DNA of 64,000 nucleotides from Chitinophagales bacterium (GTDB lineage Bacteria > Bacillota > UBA5301 > DYFA01): positions 7,423-71,422 of the forward strand of contig JBLNBQ010000142.1 of assembly GCA_050260095.1 (NCBI GenBank), read 5' to 3'. The notes beneath the pieces are model-generated. The model was given only the letters and a program-made list of their open reading frames with translations, did no database searches and was not told where the DNA came from. Position 1 is the first letter of the stretch. Each line of letters begins with the position of its first letter. The position numbers were made by a program, and so were the translations under genes. Shown here in pieces: positions 23,358 through 32,854 of the stretch.

Positions 23358-24644
23358 ATGAGAGTTCTGGTGGTGGGGAGCGGAGGACGGGAGCACGCTT
23401 TGGCCTGGAAGATCAAGAGGAGCCCTTCGGTCTCGGAGGTGCTGATCGCGCCCGGCAACGCCGGCACCGCCAAAGCCGGCCGGAACTGCCTGCTTCCGCC
23501 TGACCCAGCCGCGGCCATCCCGGCCGTGCGCGACCTGGTCCGCCGGGAAGGAGTGGACCTGGTGGTCGTGGGTCCCGAGGCGTACCTGGTCGCCGGGCTC
23601 GCCGATGCCCTGCGGGCCGACGGCGTGCCGGTCTTCGGCCCCGGCCGGGACGCCGCGGAGATCGAGGGAAGCAAGAGCTTCGCCAAGCGCCTCATGGCCG
23701 AGGCAGGCATACCGACCGCCAGATACAAGGTCTTCACGGAGACCGCTCCGGCCTGCGAGTATCTCCGGACGCTCGAACCGCCGGTCGTGGTCAAAGCCGA
23801 TGGCCTGGCGGCGGGCAAGGGCGTCGTCGTGGCGCAGAGCCTCGCCGAGGGCGAGGAGGCCGTCGGGCGTGCCCTCGACGGCAACGCTTTCGGCACTGCG
23901 GGCCGGCGGGTGGTCATCGAAGACTTCCTGCACGGCGTGGAGGCCTCGCTCCTGGCGCTGACCGACGGGGAGCACGCGCTGCTTCTCCCCGCGGCCCAGG
24001 ACTACAAGCGGGCGGCCGACGGCGACCAAGGGCCCAACACCGGCGGGATGGGCGCGGTGGCGCCCACGCCGCGCCTCACGCCCGAGCTCCGGGAAGAGGC
24101 GCGGGAGAGGATCATCCTCCCGGCGCTGCGGGCGCTGGCCCGGGCGGGCCGGCCGTTCCGCGGGGTGCTCTACGCCGGGCTGATGCTCGGCCCCGCCGGT
24201 CTTCAGGTCGTCGAGTTCAATTGCCGGTTCGGGGATCCCGAAACGCAGGTCATCCTGCCCATCCTCACAGGAGACCTCCTGCCTTACCTGAAAGGGGCCG
24301 CCGAGCCGGGCGGGCTGGCCGGCCTGCCGGAGCCGGAGGCGGCGGGGGCGGCGGTGACGGTCGTGCTGGCGTCGGCGGGTTATCCGGGGAGTTTCCCCCA
24401 AGGCGTTCCCGTGGAACGGGCCTCTGAGGCGGCGTCCTGGCCGGGGGTGCTGGTCTTCCACGCCGCCACCCGGGAGGTCGACGGTCATCTGGTCTCCGCC
24501 GGCGGGCGGGTGCTGAACGTGACGGGGACCGGTCGCACCGTGGCCGAGGCGCGAGCCTCCGCCTACGCGGGAGTGGCGGAGATCCGCTTCCCCGGAGGGG
24601 TTTACCGCACCGACATCGGGCGCGACGCGGAGGCCATGGCCTGA
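23358..24644 (+). CDS. purD: phosphoribosylamine--glycine ligase
   Basis: 428 aa; [15 protein letters not shown]-terminus, ATP-grasp fold. Confidence 0.93.
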   Translation: MRVLVVGSGGREHALAWKIKRSPSVSEVLIAPGNAGTAKAGRNCLLPPDPAAAIPAVRDLVRREGVDLVVVGPEAYLVAGLADALRADGVPVFGPGRDAAEIEGSKSFAKRLMAEAGIPTARYKVFTETAPACEYLRTLEPPVVVKADGLAAGKGVVVAQSLAEGEEAVGRALDGNAFGTAGRRVVIEDFLHGVEASLLALTDGEHALLLPAAQDYKRAADGDQGPNTGGMGAVAPTPRLTPELREEARERIILPALRALARAGRPFRGVLYAGLMLGPAGLQVVEFNCRFGDPETQVILPILTGDLLPYLKGAAEPGGLAGLPEPEAAGAAVTVVLASAGYPGSFPQGVPVERASEAASWPGVLVFHAATREVDGHLVSAGGRVLNVTGTGRTVAEARASAYAGVAEIRFPGGVYRTDIGRDAEAMA

Positions 24645-24782
24645 GGTTTTCTCCTGCCTATTGCAGGAAAGCCCGCGGGGGACGAGAATTATGAGCGCAA
24701 GCCTGGAGGCAGGGGGCGGGCGGCTGGGGCCGGCGGGGGCAACCCCGCGGCGAACTCGTTCGTTTCTTGCGGCGGCTCATGG

Positions 24783-24804
24783 CCCGGTGGCGCGCGCCAC
24801 CGGG
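24783..24804. other. perfect 22-bp palindrome (CCCGGTGGCGC/GCGCCACCGGG) in the convergent gap between purD and the NFACT gene
   Basis: 9-bp GC stem with GCGC loop, 4 nt beyond the minus-gene stop and 140 nt after purD; pyrimidine-rich tract follows on +. Confidence 0.35.
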
Positions 24805-24808
24805 TCTC

Positions 24809-26668
24809 CTATTTCCGGCGGGCCGGGGGCGGCTCGGCGTCCGCCGCGGCCAAAGGGGCGCTGCGCAAGCGTTCGACCAGGGCCGGATCGGGCGTTACGA
24901 AGACTGTGCGGTGGTGGTCGTAGAGCACCTGTCCGGGTCCGCCGCCGGGTGTCTTGCGCACGTGGCGCCGGAGGGTGTAGTCCACCGGCACCTGGGTGCT
25001 CGCCCGCCCTTCACTGTGGTAGGCGGCGAGCTGGGCGGCTTCGAGGATGGAGGAGGCCGGCGCGGGAGCCTCGTTCGGCAGGCGCACGATGACGTGGGCG
25101 CCGGGCAGGTCCTTGACGTGGAGCCAGACGTCCCAGGGAGCCCCGCTGTGCAGGGTCAGCCGGTCGTTCTCGCGGCTCGTGCGGCCGACCAGGATCTCCA
25201 GCCCGTCCGAAGACCAGTAGCGCCGGGGGGCGAAGCTCCGCCCAGCCGGGGCTGGCGGCGCCTTGCGGGGGCGCCCGGCCGGGCCTTTGTCAGGACGCTT
25301 TGCCGGAGCCGGTCTGCCGCTCGCAGGCAGCTCCTCGCTCAGTTCGGCCAACTCCCGCAGGGTTGCGGCGTCGAGAACCTCCAGCCGGAGCAGGCGGAGT
25401 TCGGCCAGGGCGGCGGCGGTCTCGGCGAGCCGGGAGGCCGCTTCCTTCAGCCCCCGCTTGGCCTTGCGATAGCGGGCGAAGTAGTGCTGGGCGTTCTCCT
25501 GAGGCGAGAGGCGGGGGTCCAACTGGACCTCGAGCGCCCCGGGTTCGCCGTAAGCTTCCCCGGTGAACGAGGTGGCGCCGCGGGGGATGCGCGCCAAGTT
25601 CGCCAGCAGGACATCGCCGCAGCGCCGGAGGTCTTCGGCGCCCTCCGCCCGGGAGAGGTCCTGGACCTGCGCCGCGTGGCGCCGGGACACCCGGGCGATC
25701 TCCCCGTCCAGGCGGTGCAACAGCGCCTGCCGGGTCCGCTCCAGGCGCTCCCGACCGACTCTCTCCCCGAAGACCAGCGTGATCGCCCCGCTGAGCGAGA
25801 CCGCCGGTTCAGCGACGGAGCCGGTGGGCGCCGGAGCGGCGAAGGCCCAGAAATCGCGGGGCCGGCCCGCCTCGCGGTAGAGGGTGGGCGAGAAGCGCCC
25901 TTCGGCGACGGCCGCCCCGAAGTCGGCCAGCGCCCGGTGCAGGCTGGCGAGGTCGCCCTGGGTCAGACTGCCGCACAGCGCCTCGGGGTCGAGGTTGCAG
26001 CGTCGCAGCAGGAAACGGGCCGCCCACGGGCCAAGGCCGCCGAGGTTCCGTTGCAGTGCGGCACGCGCCGGCGCCTCCGGCGCGGCCAGACCGAGGGCCC
26101 GGGTCAGATAGGCGAGGGTGGCCTCGGTGGGCGGAGGGGCGACGGGGCGGGGCGGGACGTACGCTGCGCCGATCACCAGCCGGGCGCTGGGCCCCTCGCC
26201 GGCGGCCGGAGGGCGCAGAGCGCCGAGGAGCAGCCCGCGCCCGTCGACCAGCAGCACGTTGGCCTGGGTCCCGAGCAGTTCGTAGACCAGCGCGTAGCGG
26301 CGGCGCGGGAATTCGTCGGACGGGCCAACGAGGGCGAAAGCAAGTTGGCGCTCCCAAGGGGCCTGGGTGACCGCTTCGATCCTGCAGCCCAGCAGGTGTT
26401 TCCGCAGGAGCAGCACGAAGGGCGGCGCCGCGACGGGCGGGTTTGGCTCGGGGCGGCCTTTGCCCCGGGCTCCCTCCGCAGGCGCTAGGTGCACCCGGCT
26501 TAAGGGTCCCTCCACCGAGAGGACGAGGGCGAAGTCCTGATTTCCCACCCGCACGCCGAAGACGAGTTCGGCTGGAGTGACCGCGCCGATCCGGTCGCAG
26601 CGCGCGCCGGAGAGAGCAGTGGACATTTCGTTGGCGAGAGCGGCGAAGACCGCGGCGTCGAAGGGCAT
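24809..26668 (-). CDS. RqcH/FbpA-like NFACT-domain protein (ribosome quality control, DUF814)
   Basis: Real start is the ATG for MPFDAAVF (61 codons inside track ORF 24809..26851) with RBS GAGGTG; NFACT-N then coiled coil then NFACT-R/DUF814-like C-terminus. Confidence 0.78.
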   Translation of the reverse strand: MPFDAAVFAALANEMSTALSGARCDRIGAVTPAELVFGVRVGNQDFALVLSVEGPLSRVHLAPAEGARGKGRPEPNPPVAAPPFVLLLRKHLLGCRIEAVTQAPWERQLAFALVGPSDEFPRRRYALVYELLGTQANVLLVDGRGLLLGALRPPAAGEGPSARLVIGAAYVPPRPVAPPPTEATLAYLTRALGLAAPEAPARAALQRNLGGLGPWAARFLLRRCNLDPEALCGSLTQGDLASLHRALADFGAAVAEGRFSPTLYREAGRPRDFWAFAAPAPTGSVAEPAVSLSGAITLVFGERVGRERLERTRQALLHRLDGEIARVSRRHAAQVQDLSRAEGAEDLRRCGDVLLANLARIPRGATSFTGEAYGEPGALEVQLDPRLSPQENAQHYFARYRKAKRGLKEAASRLAETAAALAELRLLRLEVLDAATLRELAELSEELPASGRPAPAKRPDKGPAGRPRKAPPAPAGRSFAPRRYWSSDGLEILVGRTSRENDRLTLHSGAPWDVWLHVKDLPGAHVIVRLPNEAPAPASSILEAAQLAAYHSEGRASTQVPVDYTLRRHVRKTPGGGPGQVLYDHHRTVFVTPDPALVERLRSAPLAAADAEPPPARRK

Positions 26669-26798
26669 GGCAGGCACCTCAGGGCCAGTATACCATCGGC
26701 CCTCGACCCGGACAATGCCGCGTTTTCCCGCCCCAGCGCCGTCCCGCAGAGGAGGAGCCGGGTGTGCCAGCGAGAAGTAAGCCGGGGGAGGGACGCCA

Positions 26799-27461
26799 GT
26801 GGAACGTGTGGCAGTAATGCTGGTGGCGCTGTTCCTGTTGGTTGGGGCCACAGTTGCCCGGGTGGCGGCTGCGGAGCCGTCCGGCGGGGAGGCGGTCGGC
26901 CGGGGCTTGCTCTACCTGCAGCTCGGGCTGCAGGAGATGGCGCTCAGTCAATTGGAGGCGGCCGCACAGCGGGAAGGGGCGTCCGCCGACACCTTGGTGC
27001 TGTACGGCCTTCTGCTGGAGGTCACCGGGCGGACCGGCAAGGCCGCCGAAGTCCTGGCCGCGGCCGAACGGCGGGTGGAGAGCGAAGGCGGGGCGAGCCT
27101 CACCGCCGCCGAGGTGAGGACCTTCGCGGCCGGGGCGCTGGCCGCGGGCGGCGCGACGGGCGAAGCCAGCCAGAAGTATGCGTCCGCGGTGGCCGACGAG
27201 GCCGGCCTCGGCCTGGCGCACGCCGGGCTGGCGGCGCTGCTCGACGCCCAGGGTCAAGCGACCCAGGCCATTAAAGAATACGAGCGGTATCTCGAGCTGA
27301 GTCCCGACGACGGCGCAGCGTGGGCCGCCCTGGGGCGGCTGTACGCGTCCGGCGGGCGCACCGCTGAAGCCATCGAAGCCCTTGAACGGGCGCTCCGGTT
27401 GAATCCCGGCCTCTCCGGCGCGGTCGAGTTGATGCACCGCTTGAAGGAACAGGCCGAATAG
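26799..27461 (+). CDS. secreted tetratricopeptide (TPR) repeat protein
   Basis: RBS GGGGGAGGG then GTG; signal peptide with AAA/EP cleavage site; TPR-like AEA..Y..LG repeats. Confidence 0.6.
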   Translation: MERVAVMLVALFLLVGATVARVAAAEPSGGEAVGRGLLYLQLGLQEMALSQLEAAAQREGASADTLVLYGLLLEVTGRTGKAAEVLAAAERRVESEGGASLTAAEVRTFAAGALAAGGATGEASQKYASAVADEAGLGLAHAGLAALLDAQGQATQAIKEYERYLELSPDDGAAWAALGRLYASGGRTAEAIEALERALRLNPGLSGAVELMHRLKEQAE

Positions 27462-27511
27462 CGGCGCCCCGGGCGGTCGGTTCATCCGCTGCAACCAGGT
27501 CTAGCTGGGAA

Positions 27512-27544
27512 GATGCGCTGCGCAGGCGCATCTTTTCTTTTCCT
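27512..27544 (+). terminator. rho-independent terminator after the TPR gene
   Basis: GATGCGC-TGCGCAG-GCGCATC hairpin followed by TTTTCTTTTCCT. Confidence 0.7.
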
Positions 27545-27572
27545 CGCGAATAAGGATTGACGCGAAGGCGGG

Positions 27573-30317
27573 GTGACCTGTGTGGCGGAGAACCAATGGC
27601 ACTCCCTGTCCGCGGCCGGGGTGGCGGAGGCGCTGGAGACGGACCCGGAGGCGGGCTTGGGTGAGCGGGAGGCGGCCAGGCGGCTGTCGCGATGGGGGCG
27701 GAACTCCCTCGAGGTCGAGCGGAAGATCCAACCCTGGCGGCTTTTCCTCAGCCAGTTCTCCGACTTCATGGTGCTGGTGCTGCTCGGCGCCACGGTGGTC
27801 TCGGCTCTCCTGGGGGAGACGCTCGACGCCATAACCATCCTGGTCATCGTGCTCATCAACGGGGTGCTCGGGTTCATCCAGGAGTATCGCGCCGAGCGGT
27901 GCCTGGAAGCGCTGCGGGAACTCTCCGCCCCGGTCGGGCGGGTCGTGCGCGGCGGGCAGCGGCAGACGGTGCCCGCCGACCAACTGGTGCCCGGAGACGT
28001 GGTCCTGCTGGCGACGGGTGACCGGGTGCCGGCCGACCTGCGCCTGACCGAGGCGGTGGCCCTCGAGGTCGACGAAGCCGCTCTGACGGGCGAATCGAGT
28101 CCCGTGGCCAAAACCACGGAACCCCTGGCGCAGCGGGACTTGCCGCTCGCCGACCGCCGCAACCTGGCCTTTCTGGGTACGCTGGTCACCCGGGGTCACG
28201 GCCGGGGGCTGGTGGTGGCCACCGGCGCGGCGACCCAGATGGGCCGCATCGCGCACCTCATCGCCCGGGCGGACGACCAGACGACGCCCCTGCAGCGCCG
28301 CCTCGAGGAGCTCGGGCGCTGGCTGGTCTTCGGGTGCCTGGTGATCTGCGTGGGCGTCTTCGCGATGGGCGTGGCCCAGGGACGGCCGGTGCGGGGCATG
28401 TTCCTCACCGCCGTGAGCCTGGCCGTGGCGGCCATCCCCGAAGGGCTGCCGGCGATCGTGACGGTGGCGTTGGCCCTCGGAGTGCAGCGGATGAGCCGGC
28501 GCGGCGCCATCATCCGGCGCCTGCCGGCCGTGGAGACGCTGGGCTGCACCACGGTCATCTGCGCCGACAAGACCGGGACCCTGACCCGCAACGAGATGAC
28601 GCTTCGGCAGCTCTGGGCGGGCGGGCGGCTCTACGAGGCGGAGGGCCTCGGCTACGCCCCGGAGGGCGGCTTCACCGAGGGCGGCCGGCCCGTGAGCGCC
28701 GGAGGCCTGCGCCTGCTCCGGCAAGCGCTCGAAGTGGGCCTGCTCTGCAACACGGCGACCTTGGTGCCGCCCGCCCGGAAACGCCGGGGGGGCGCCGGTT
28801 GGCGCGTCGAAGGCGACCCGACCGAGGGCGCCCTCCTGGTGGCGGCGGCCAAGGCCGGGCTGACCCGGTCCGCCTACGAAAAGCGGCTGCGGCTGGCCGG
28901 CGAAGTTCCTTTCTCCGCCGAACGCCGCCGGATGACGATGGTCTGGGATCAGCCCGGAGGCGTGCGCCACATCTACCTCAAGGGCGCCCTCGACGTCGTG
29001 CTGGAGCGGTGCCGGGAGGTGGCCCTCGAAGAGGGCGACGCGCCTCTGACGGCGGCGCGCCGGGCGGAACTCCTGGCGGTGGGCGAGCGGATGGCGGGCG
29101 ACGGCCTGCGCGTGCTCGGGCTGGCCGTGCGCCAGGACCGGCCCGGCGGCCCCGCGGCACCGGCGGCCGGCCCCGAAGAGGGCTGGGAGAGAGACCTCGT
29201 GTTCGCCGGCATCGTCGGGCTGCACGACCCGCCCCGCCCCGAAGCGGCTCAGGCGATCCGCATCGCCCGCCGGGCTGGAGTCCGTACGCTCATGATCACC
29301 GGCGACCACGCGCTGACCGCAGCCTCGGTCGCCGCCGAGCTGGGGCTGAGCGCTCCGGGAGCCCCGGTGGTCACCGGCGGCGAGCTGGAGCGCCTGAGCG
29401 ATGCGGCGCTGCAGAAAACGGTGCAGCGGGTCTTGGTCTACGCACGGGTCTCACCCGAACACAAGCTGCGGTTGGTGAAGGCGCTCCAGGCCAATGCCGA
29501 GGTCGTGGCTATGACGGGGGACGGCGTGAACGACGCGCCCGCCATCAGCCAGGCGGCCATCGGCATCTCAATGGGCCTCGCCGGCACCGACGTGGCCAAA
29601 GAGGCCTCCGACATGGTGCTCTCCGACGACAACTACGCCACCATCGTCGGCGCGGTCGAGGAGGGGCGGCGGATCTACGAGAACATCCGCAAGTTCATCC
29701 GCTACCTGCTGACGGGAAACGTGGGCGAAGTCCTGGCGATGGCCATGGCGGTCGCGCTGAACCTGCCTCTTCCCCTGATCGCGATCCAGATCCTCTGGAT
29801 GAACCTGGTCACCGACGGCCTGCCCGCGCTGGCGCTCGGGGTGGACCAGGTGGGGGCCGACGTGATGGCGAGCCCGCCCCGCCGGGCCGGGGAAGGCATC
29901 TTCAGCGGCGGGATGTTCGGGCGGATCCTGACCACGGGCACGCTCATCGGCGTCACCACGGTTGGCGTCTTCCTCTTCGGTCTCTCGTCCGGGTACCCGG
30001 TGGCCAGGGCGCGCACCATCGCCTTCACCACCCTCGTCCTGGCACAACTTTTGTACGTCTTCCGCTGCCGCGACAACCCCCGCGGCTTCGAACTCCAGCT
30101 TTTCGGCAACCCGGCGCTCCTGGCCGCCACGGGGCTCAGCCTCGCCATGCAGCTGGCGGTCATCTACCTGCCGCCGCTCGCCCGCGTCTTCGGCACGGCG
30201 CCCCTGGCGGCGCCCGATTGGTTCGTGATCCTGGTCGCGGCCGGTTACGCCAGCATCGTGGGGGACCTCCGCCCGCACCGCGCCCTGCGACGGGCCGCCG
30301 CGAGGACTGCCGGCTGA
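27573..30317 (+). CDS. P-type Ca2+-transporting ATPase (type IIA, SERCA-like)
   Basis: 914 aa; DKTGTLT phosphorylation motif, TGDGVNDAPA hinge, cation-ATPase N-terminal domain. Confidence 0.9.
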   Translation: MTCVAENQWHSLSAAGVAEALETDPEAGLGEREAARRLSRWGRNSLEVERKIQPWRLFLSQFSDFMVLVLLGATVVSALLGETLDAITILVIVLINGVLGFIQEYRAERCLEALRELSAPVGRVVRGGQRQTVPADQLVPGDVVLLATGDRVPADLRLTEAVALEVDEAALTGESSPVAKTTEPLAQRDLPLADRRNLAFLGTLVTRGHGRGLVVATGAATQMGRIAHLIARADDQTTPLQRRLEELGRWLVFGCLVICVGVFAMGVAQGRPVRGMFLTAVSLAVAAIPEGLPAIVTVALALGVQRMSRRGAIIRRLPAVETLGCTTVICADKTGTLTRNEMTLRQLWAGGRLYEAEGLGYAPEGGFTEGGRPVSAGGLRLLRQALEVGLLCNTATLVPPARKRRGGAGWRVEGDPTEGALLVAAAKAGLTRSAYEKRLRLAGEVPFSAERRRMTMVWDQPGGVRHIYLKGALDVVLERCREVALEEGDAPLTAARRAELLAVGERMAGDGLRVLGLAVRQDRPGGPAAPAAGPEEGWERDLVFAGIVGLHDPPRPEAAQAIRIARRAGVRTLMITGDHALTAASVAAELGLSAPGAPVVTGGELERLSDAALQKTVQRVLVYARVSPEHKLRLVKALQANAEVVAMTGDGVNDAPAISQAAIGISMGLAGTDVAKEASDMVLSDDNYATIVGAVEEGRRIYENIRKFIRYLLTGNVGEVLAMAMAVALNLPLPLIAIQILWMNLVTDGLPALALGVDQVGADVMASPPRRAGEGIFSGGMFGRILTTGTLIGVTTVGVFLFGLSSGYPVARARTIAFTTLVLAQLLYVFRCRDNPRGFELQLFGNPALLAATGLSLAMQLAVIYLPPLARVFGTAPLAAPDWFVILVAAGYASIVGDLRPHRALRRAAARTAG

Positions 30318-30431
30318 GTCCCAAATTGGAAAATATCGGCGTGACGAGGAGGAGTTTTCTGAGGTTGGTTGAATAAGAGCCGTTGAGCAGGCGGATTCTT
30401 ACGCGGTGGTGTCACTGAAGGAGCGCGTTCG

Positions 30432-31307
30432 ATGGTCAGGAGCATGACGGGTTTTGGCCGCGGCGAGGCTGTGCGTGGAAGCTACCACGTCACGGTCGAG
30501 GTGCGCACCGTCAATCACCGCTTTCTCGACACGTCTGTCCGCCTGCCGAAGAGCCTCGCCGGGTTCGAAGAGAAGCTGCGGAGCCTGGTGCAGGGGCGTC
30601 TCGGGCGGGGCCGCGTCGAGGTCCAGGTGGCGCTGGAGGAGTCGGGCGAAGGCCACCAAACGGTCAAGGTCGACGTGGCGCTGGCTCGGCGCTACCATGC
30701 CGCTCTCTCCCGGCTCCAACAGGAACTGGGGCTGGTTGACCAGCCGACGCTCGCCGCTTTGGTGGACATGCCTGGAGTGCTCGTCACCGAGGAGACCATC
30801 GACGTCGAGGCGCTGTCCGCCGCACTGGAAGAGGCGGCCGATGGTGCCCTGGCCGAGGTGCAGCGGATGCGGGAGGCGGAAGGGCGGCGCTTGGCGGCCG
30901 ACCTGAGCGAGCGGGTGGGCTTGATCGAAGAGGCACTGCGCGCGATCGAAACGCGGGCGCCCGAGGTCAGCCAGGAATTCCGCCAGCGCCTGGAGGCGCG
31001 CATCCGGGAGGCGCTGGGCGAGGTGCCGGTCGATGAGGCCCGCCTTTTGCAGGAGGTCGCCATCGTGGCCGACCGGGGTTTTATCGCCGAGGAGATCGTG
31101 CGGCTCCGGAGCCATCTGGTGGAGACCCGGGCCACGCTGGCGGAAGAGGCGGCGGTCGGCCGCAAGCTCGATTTCCTTCTCCAGGAGATGAACCGTGAGA
31201 TCAACACCATCGGGTCGAAGGCCAACGACGTGGCCATCGCCCGGCAGGTGATTTCCGTGAAGGCGGAACTCGAGAAGATTCGTGAGCAAGTGCAGAACCT
31301 GGAATAG
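30432..31307 (+). CDS. yicC: YicC-family stress-induced protein
   Basis: 291 aa; MVRSMTGFGRGE N-terminus typical of YicC/YloC. Confidence 0.85.
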   Translation: MVRSMTGFGRGEAVRGSYHVTVEVRTVNHRFLDTSVRLPKSLAGFEEKLRSLVQGRLGRGRVEVQVALEESGEGHQTVKVDVALARRYHAALSRLQQELGLVDQPTLAALVDMPGVLVTEETIDVEALSAALEEAADGALAEVQRMREAEGRRLAADLSERVGLIEEALRAIETRAPEVSQEFRQRLEARIREALGEVPVDEARLLQEVAIVADRGFIAEEIVRLRSHLVETRATLAEEAAVGRKLDFLLQEMNREINTIGSKANDVAIARQVISVKAELEKIREQVQNLE

Positions 31308-31336
31308 TCCAGGTGGGGAGAAGGAGGTGAACACGA

Positions 31337-31645
31337 ATGGCACTACCGAAGTTGACCCCGGAGGAAAAGAAGAAGGCCTTGCGCAAGGCGCAGGACATGC
31401 GGAGCAAGCGGGCCGAGATTCGCCGCCGTCTTAAGGAAGGCGGGATCACCCTGGCCGAAGTGCTCCGCCGGGACAACGACGAGGTGATCGCCCGCATGCG
31501 TGTGGCGTATCTCCTGGAATCGCTCCCGAAGGTGGGCAGGGTCACGACCCGCAAGATCATGGAGGAGATCGGCATCGACGAGAGCCGGCGCGTCCAGGGT
31601 CTGGGGCAGCGTCAGCGCGGTGCGTTGCTCGCCAAGCTCGGGTAG
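31337..31645 (+). CDS. integration host factor-like protein (actinobacterial mIHF family)
   Basis: 102 aa basic protein; [17 protein letters not shown] helix-hairpin-helix-like; located directly upstream of gmk as mihF is in actinobacteria. Confidence 0.55.
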   Translation: MALPKLTPEEKKKALRKAQDMRSKRAEIRRRLKEGGITLAEVLRRDNDEVIARMRVAYLLESLPKVGRVTTRKIMEEIGIDESRRVQGLGQRQRGALLAKLG

Positions 31646-31661
31646 TGACGGGAGGACACCA

Positions 31662-31928
31662 ATGGACATCAGACTAATCAACATTGGTTTCGGCAACATC
31701 GTGGCGGCCAACCGCATCGTAGCGATTGTCAGCCCAGAGTCCGCACCAATCAAGCGGATCATCCAGGAGGCACGCGATCGGGGGATGCTGATCGACGCGA
31801 CGTATGGACGGCGGACCCGGGCGGTGGTCATCACCGACTCCGATCACGTCGTCCTCTCGGCGGTGCAGCCGGAAACGGTGGCACATCGGCTGATCTCGAA
31901 AGACACAGGCGTCGACGTGTCCGACTAG
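31662..31928 (+). CDS. remA: RemA/YlzA (DUF370) extracellular-matrix regulatory protein
   Basis: 88 aa; [14 protein letters not shown]...; RBS GGGAGGA; upstream part of track ORF 31500..31928 rejected. Confidence 0.85.
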   Translation: MDIRLINIGFGNIVAANRIVAIVSPESAPIKRIIQEARDRGMLIDATYGRRTRAVVITDSDHVVLSAVQPETVAHRLISKDTGVDVSD

Positions 31929-31939
31929 GGAAGGCAGAT

Positions 31940-32590
31940 ATGCATCAGAGTGATGGGGGGAGGCACGGTTTGCTCCTGGTGGTCTCCGGACCGTCGGGCG
32001 TGGGAAAGAACACGGTGCTGAACGCGCTGATCGCCGCGAACCCCCAGATCAGGTATTCAATTTCAGCCACGACCCGCCCACCCCGGTCAGGGGAGGCTCA
32101 TGGGCAGCACTACTTCTTCCTCTCCGAGGAGGAGTTCGCCAGCCGTGTCGCCGCCCAGGACTTCCTGGAGTGGGCGGACTTTTGCGGCCATCGTTACGGC
32201 ACGCCCCGGTCCTTCGTGGAGGAGTGCCTGGCTGCCGGGCGCCACGTGGTGCTCGACATCGACGTCCAGGGGGCGCTCAAGGTCCGGCAGGCGATGCCCG
32301 AAGCGGTGCTGGTATTTATGATGCCGCCATCCTGGGAGGAGCTGGAGGCGCGCATCCGCGCCCGCGGCACGGACACCGAAGAGAAGATCCGGCGACGGCT
32401 CGAGACGGCGCACCGGGAGATCCTCGCCGTGCCGAGCTACGACTACGTGATCTGGAACGAGGACGTGGCCTGTTCCGCGCAGGAACTGCAGGCGATCCTC
32501 ACGGCGGAGCGGTGCCGGGCGAAACGGCTCGCCCGCCACGAGTTGGACCGGTTCTTCGCAGGAAATCCCGATACTCTGCATAATTTTTGA
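31940..32590 (+). CDS. gmk: guanylate kinase
   Basis: P-loop GPSGVGK and guanylate kinase fold. Confidence 0.9.
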   Translation: MHQSDGGRHGLLLVVSGPSGVGKNTVLNALIAANPQIRYSISATTRPPRSGEAHGQHYFFLSEEEFASRVAAQDFLEWADFCGHRYGTPRSFVEECLAAGRHVVLDIDVQGALKVRQAMPEAVLVFMMPPSWEELEARIRARGTDTEEKIRRRLETAHREILAVPSYDYVIWNEDVACSAQELQAILTAERCRAKRLARHELDRFFAGNPDTLHNF

Positions 32591-32635
32591 CAGGATAAGC
32601 ATCATTCACTCAGTCGCAAAGGGGTCGACGAACAC

Positions 32636-32842
32636 ATGATGGAGCCTTCGCTGGACCTTTTGATGAAGAAGGTCGGCAGCAAGTACGCGTTGGTGGTCAC
32701 GGCAGCCAAACGGGCCCGGCAGATCATGGGCGGCGAGGGCAGCCTCGTGCCGTCTGCGAGCGAAAAAGCCGTGTCGGTGGCGCTCGAGGAGATCGCCAAC
32801 GACCAGGTCCGGTGCGAGCAGTCGCGTTCAGGCATCAAGTAG
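32636..32842 (+). CDS. rpoZ: DNA-directed RNA polymerase omega subunit
   Basis: 68 aa; SKYALVVTAAKRARQI. Confidence 0.88.
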   Translation: MMEPSLDLLMKKVGSKYALVVTAAKRARQIMGGEGSLVPSASEKAVSVALEEIANDQVRCEQSRSGIK

Positions 32843-32854
32843 GTCCCGCGGGCG

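Noticed and set aside
27509-27525. 17-mer GGAAGATGCGCTG(C/T)GC shared by the terminator at 27.5 kb and the one after pgsA (60582-60598), considered as a possible repeat family
   Set aside because: A 13-nt exact match is expected by chance many times in a 64-kb GC-biased sequence; only two copies, with unrelated flanks.
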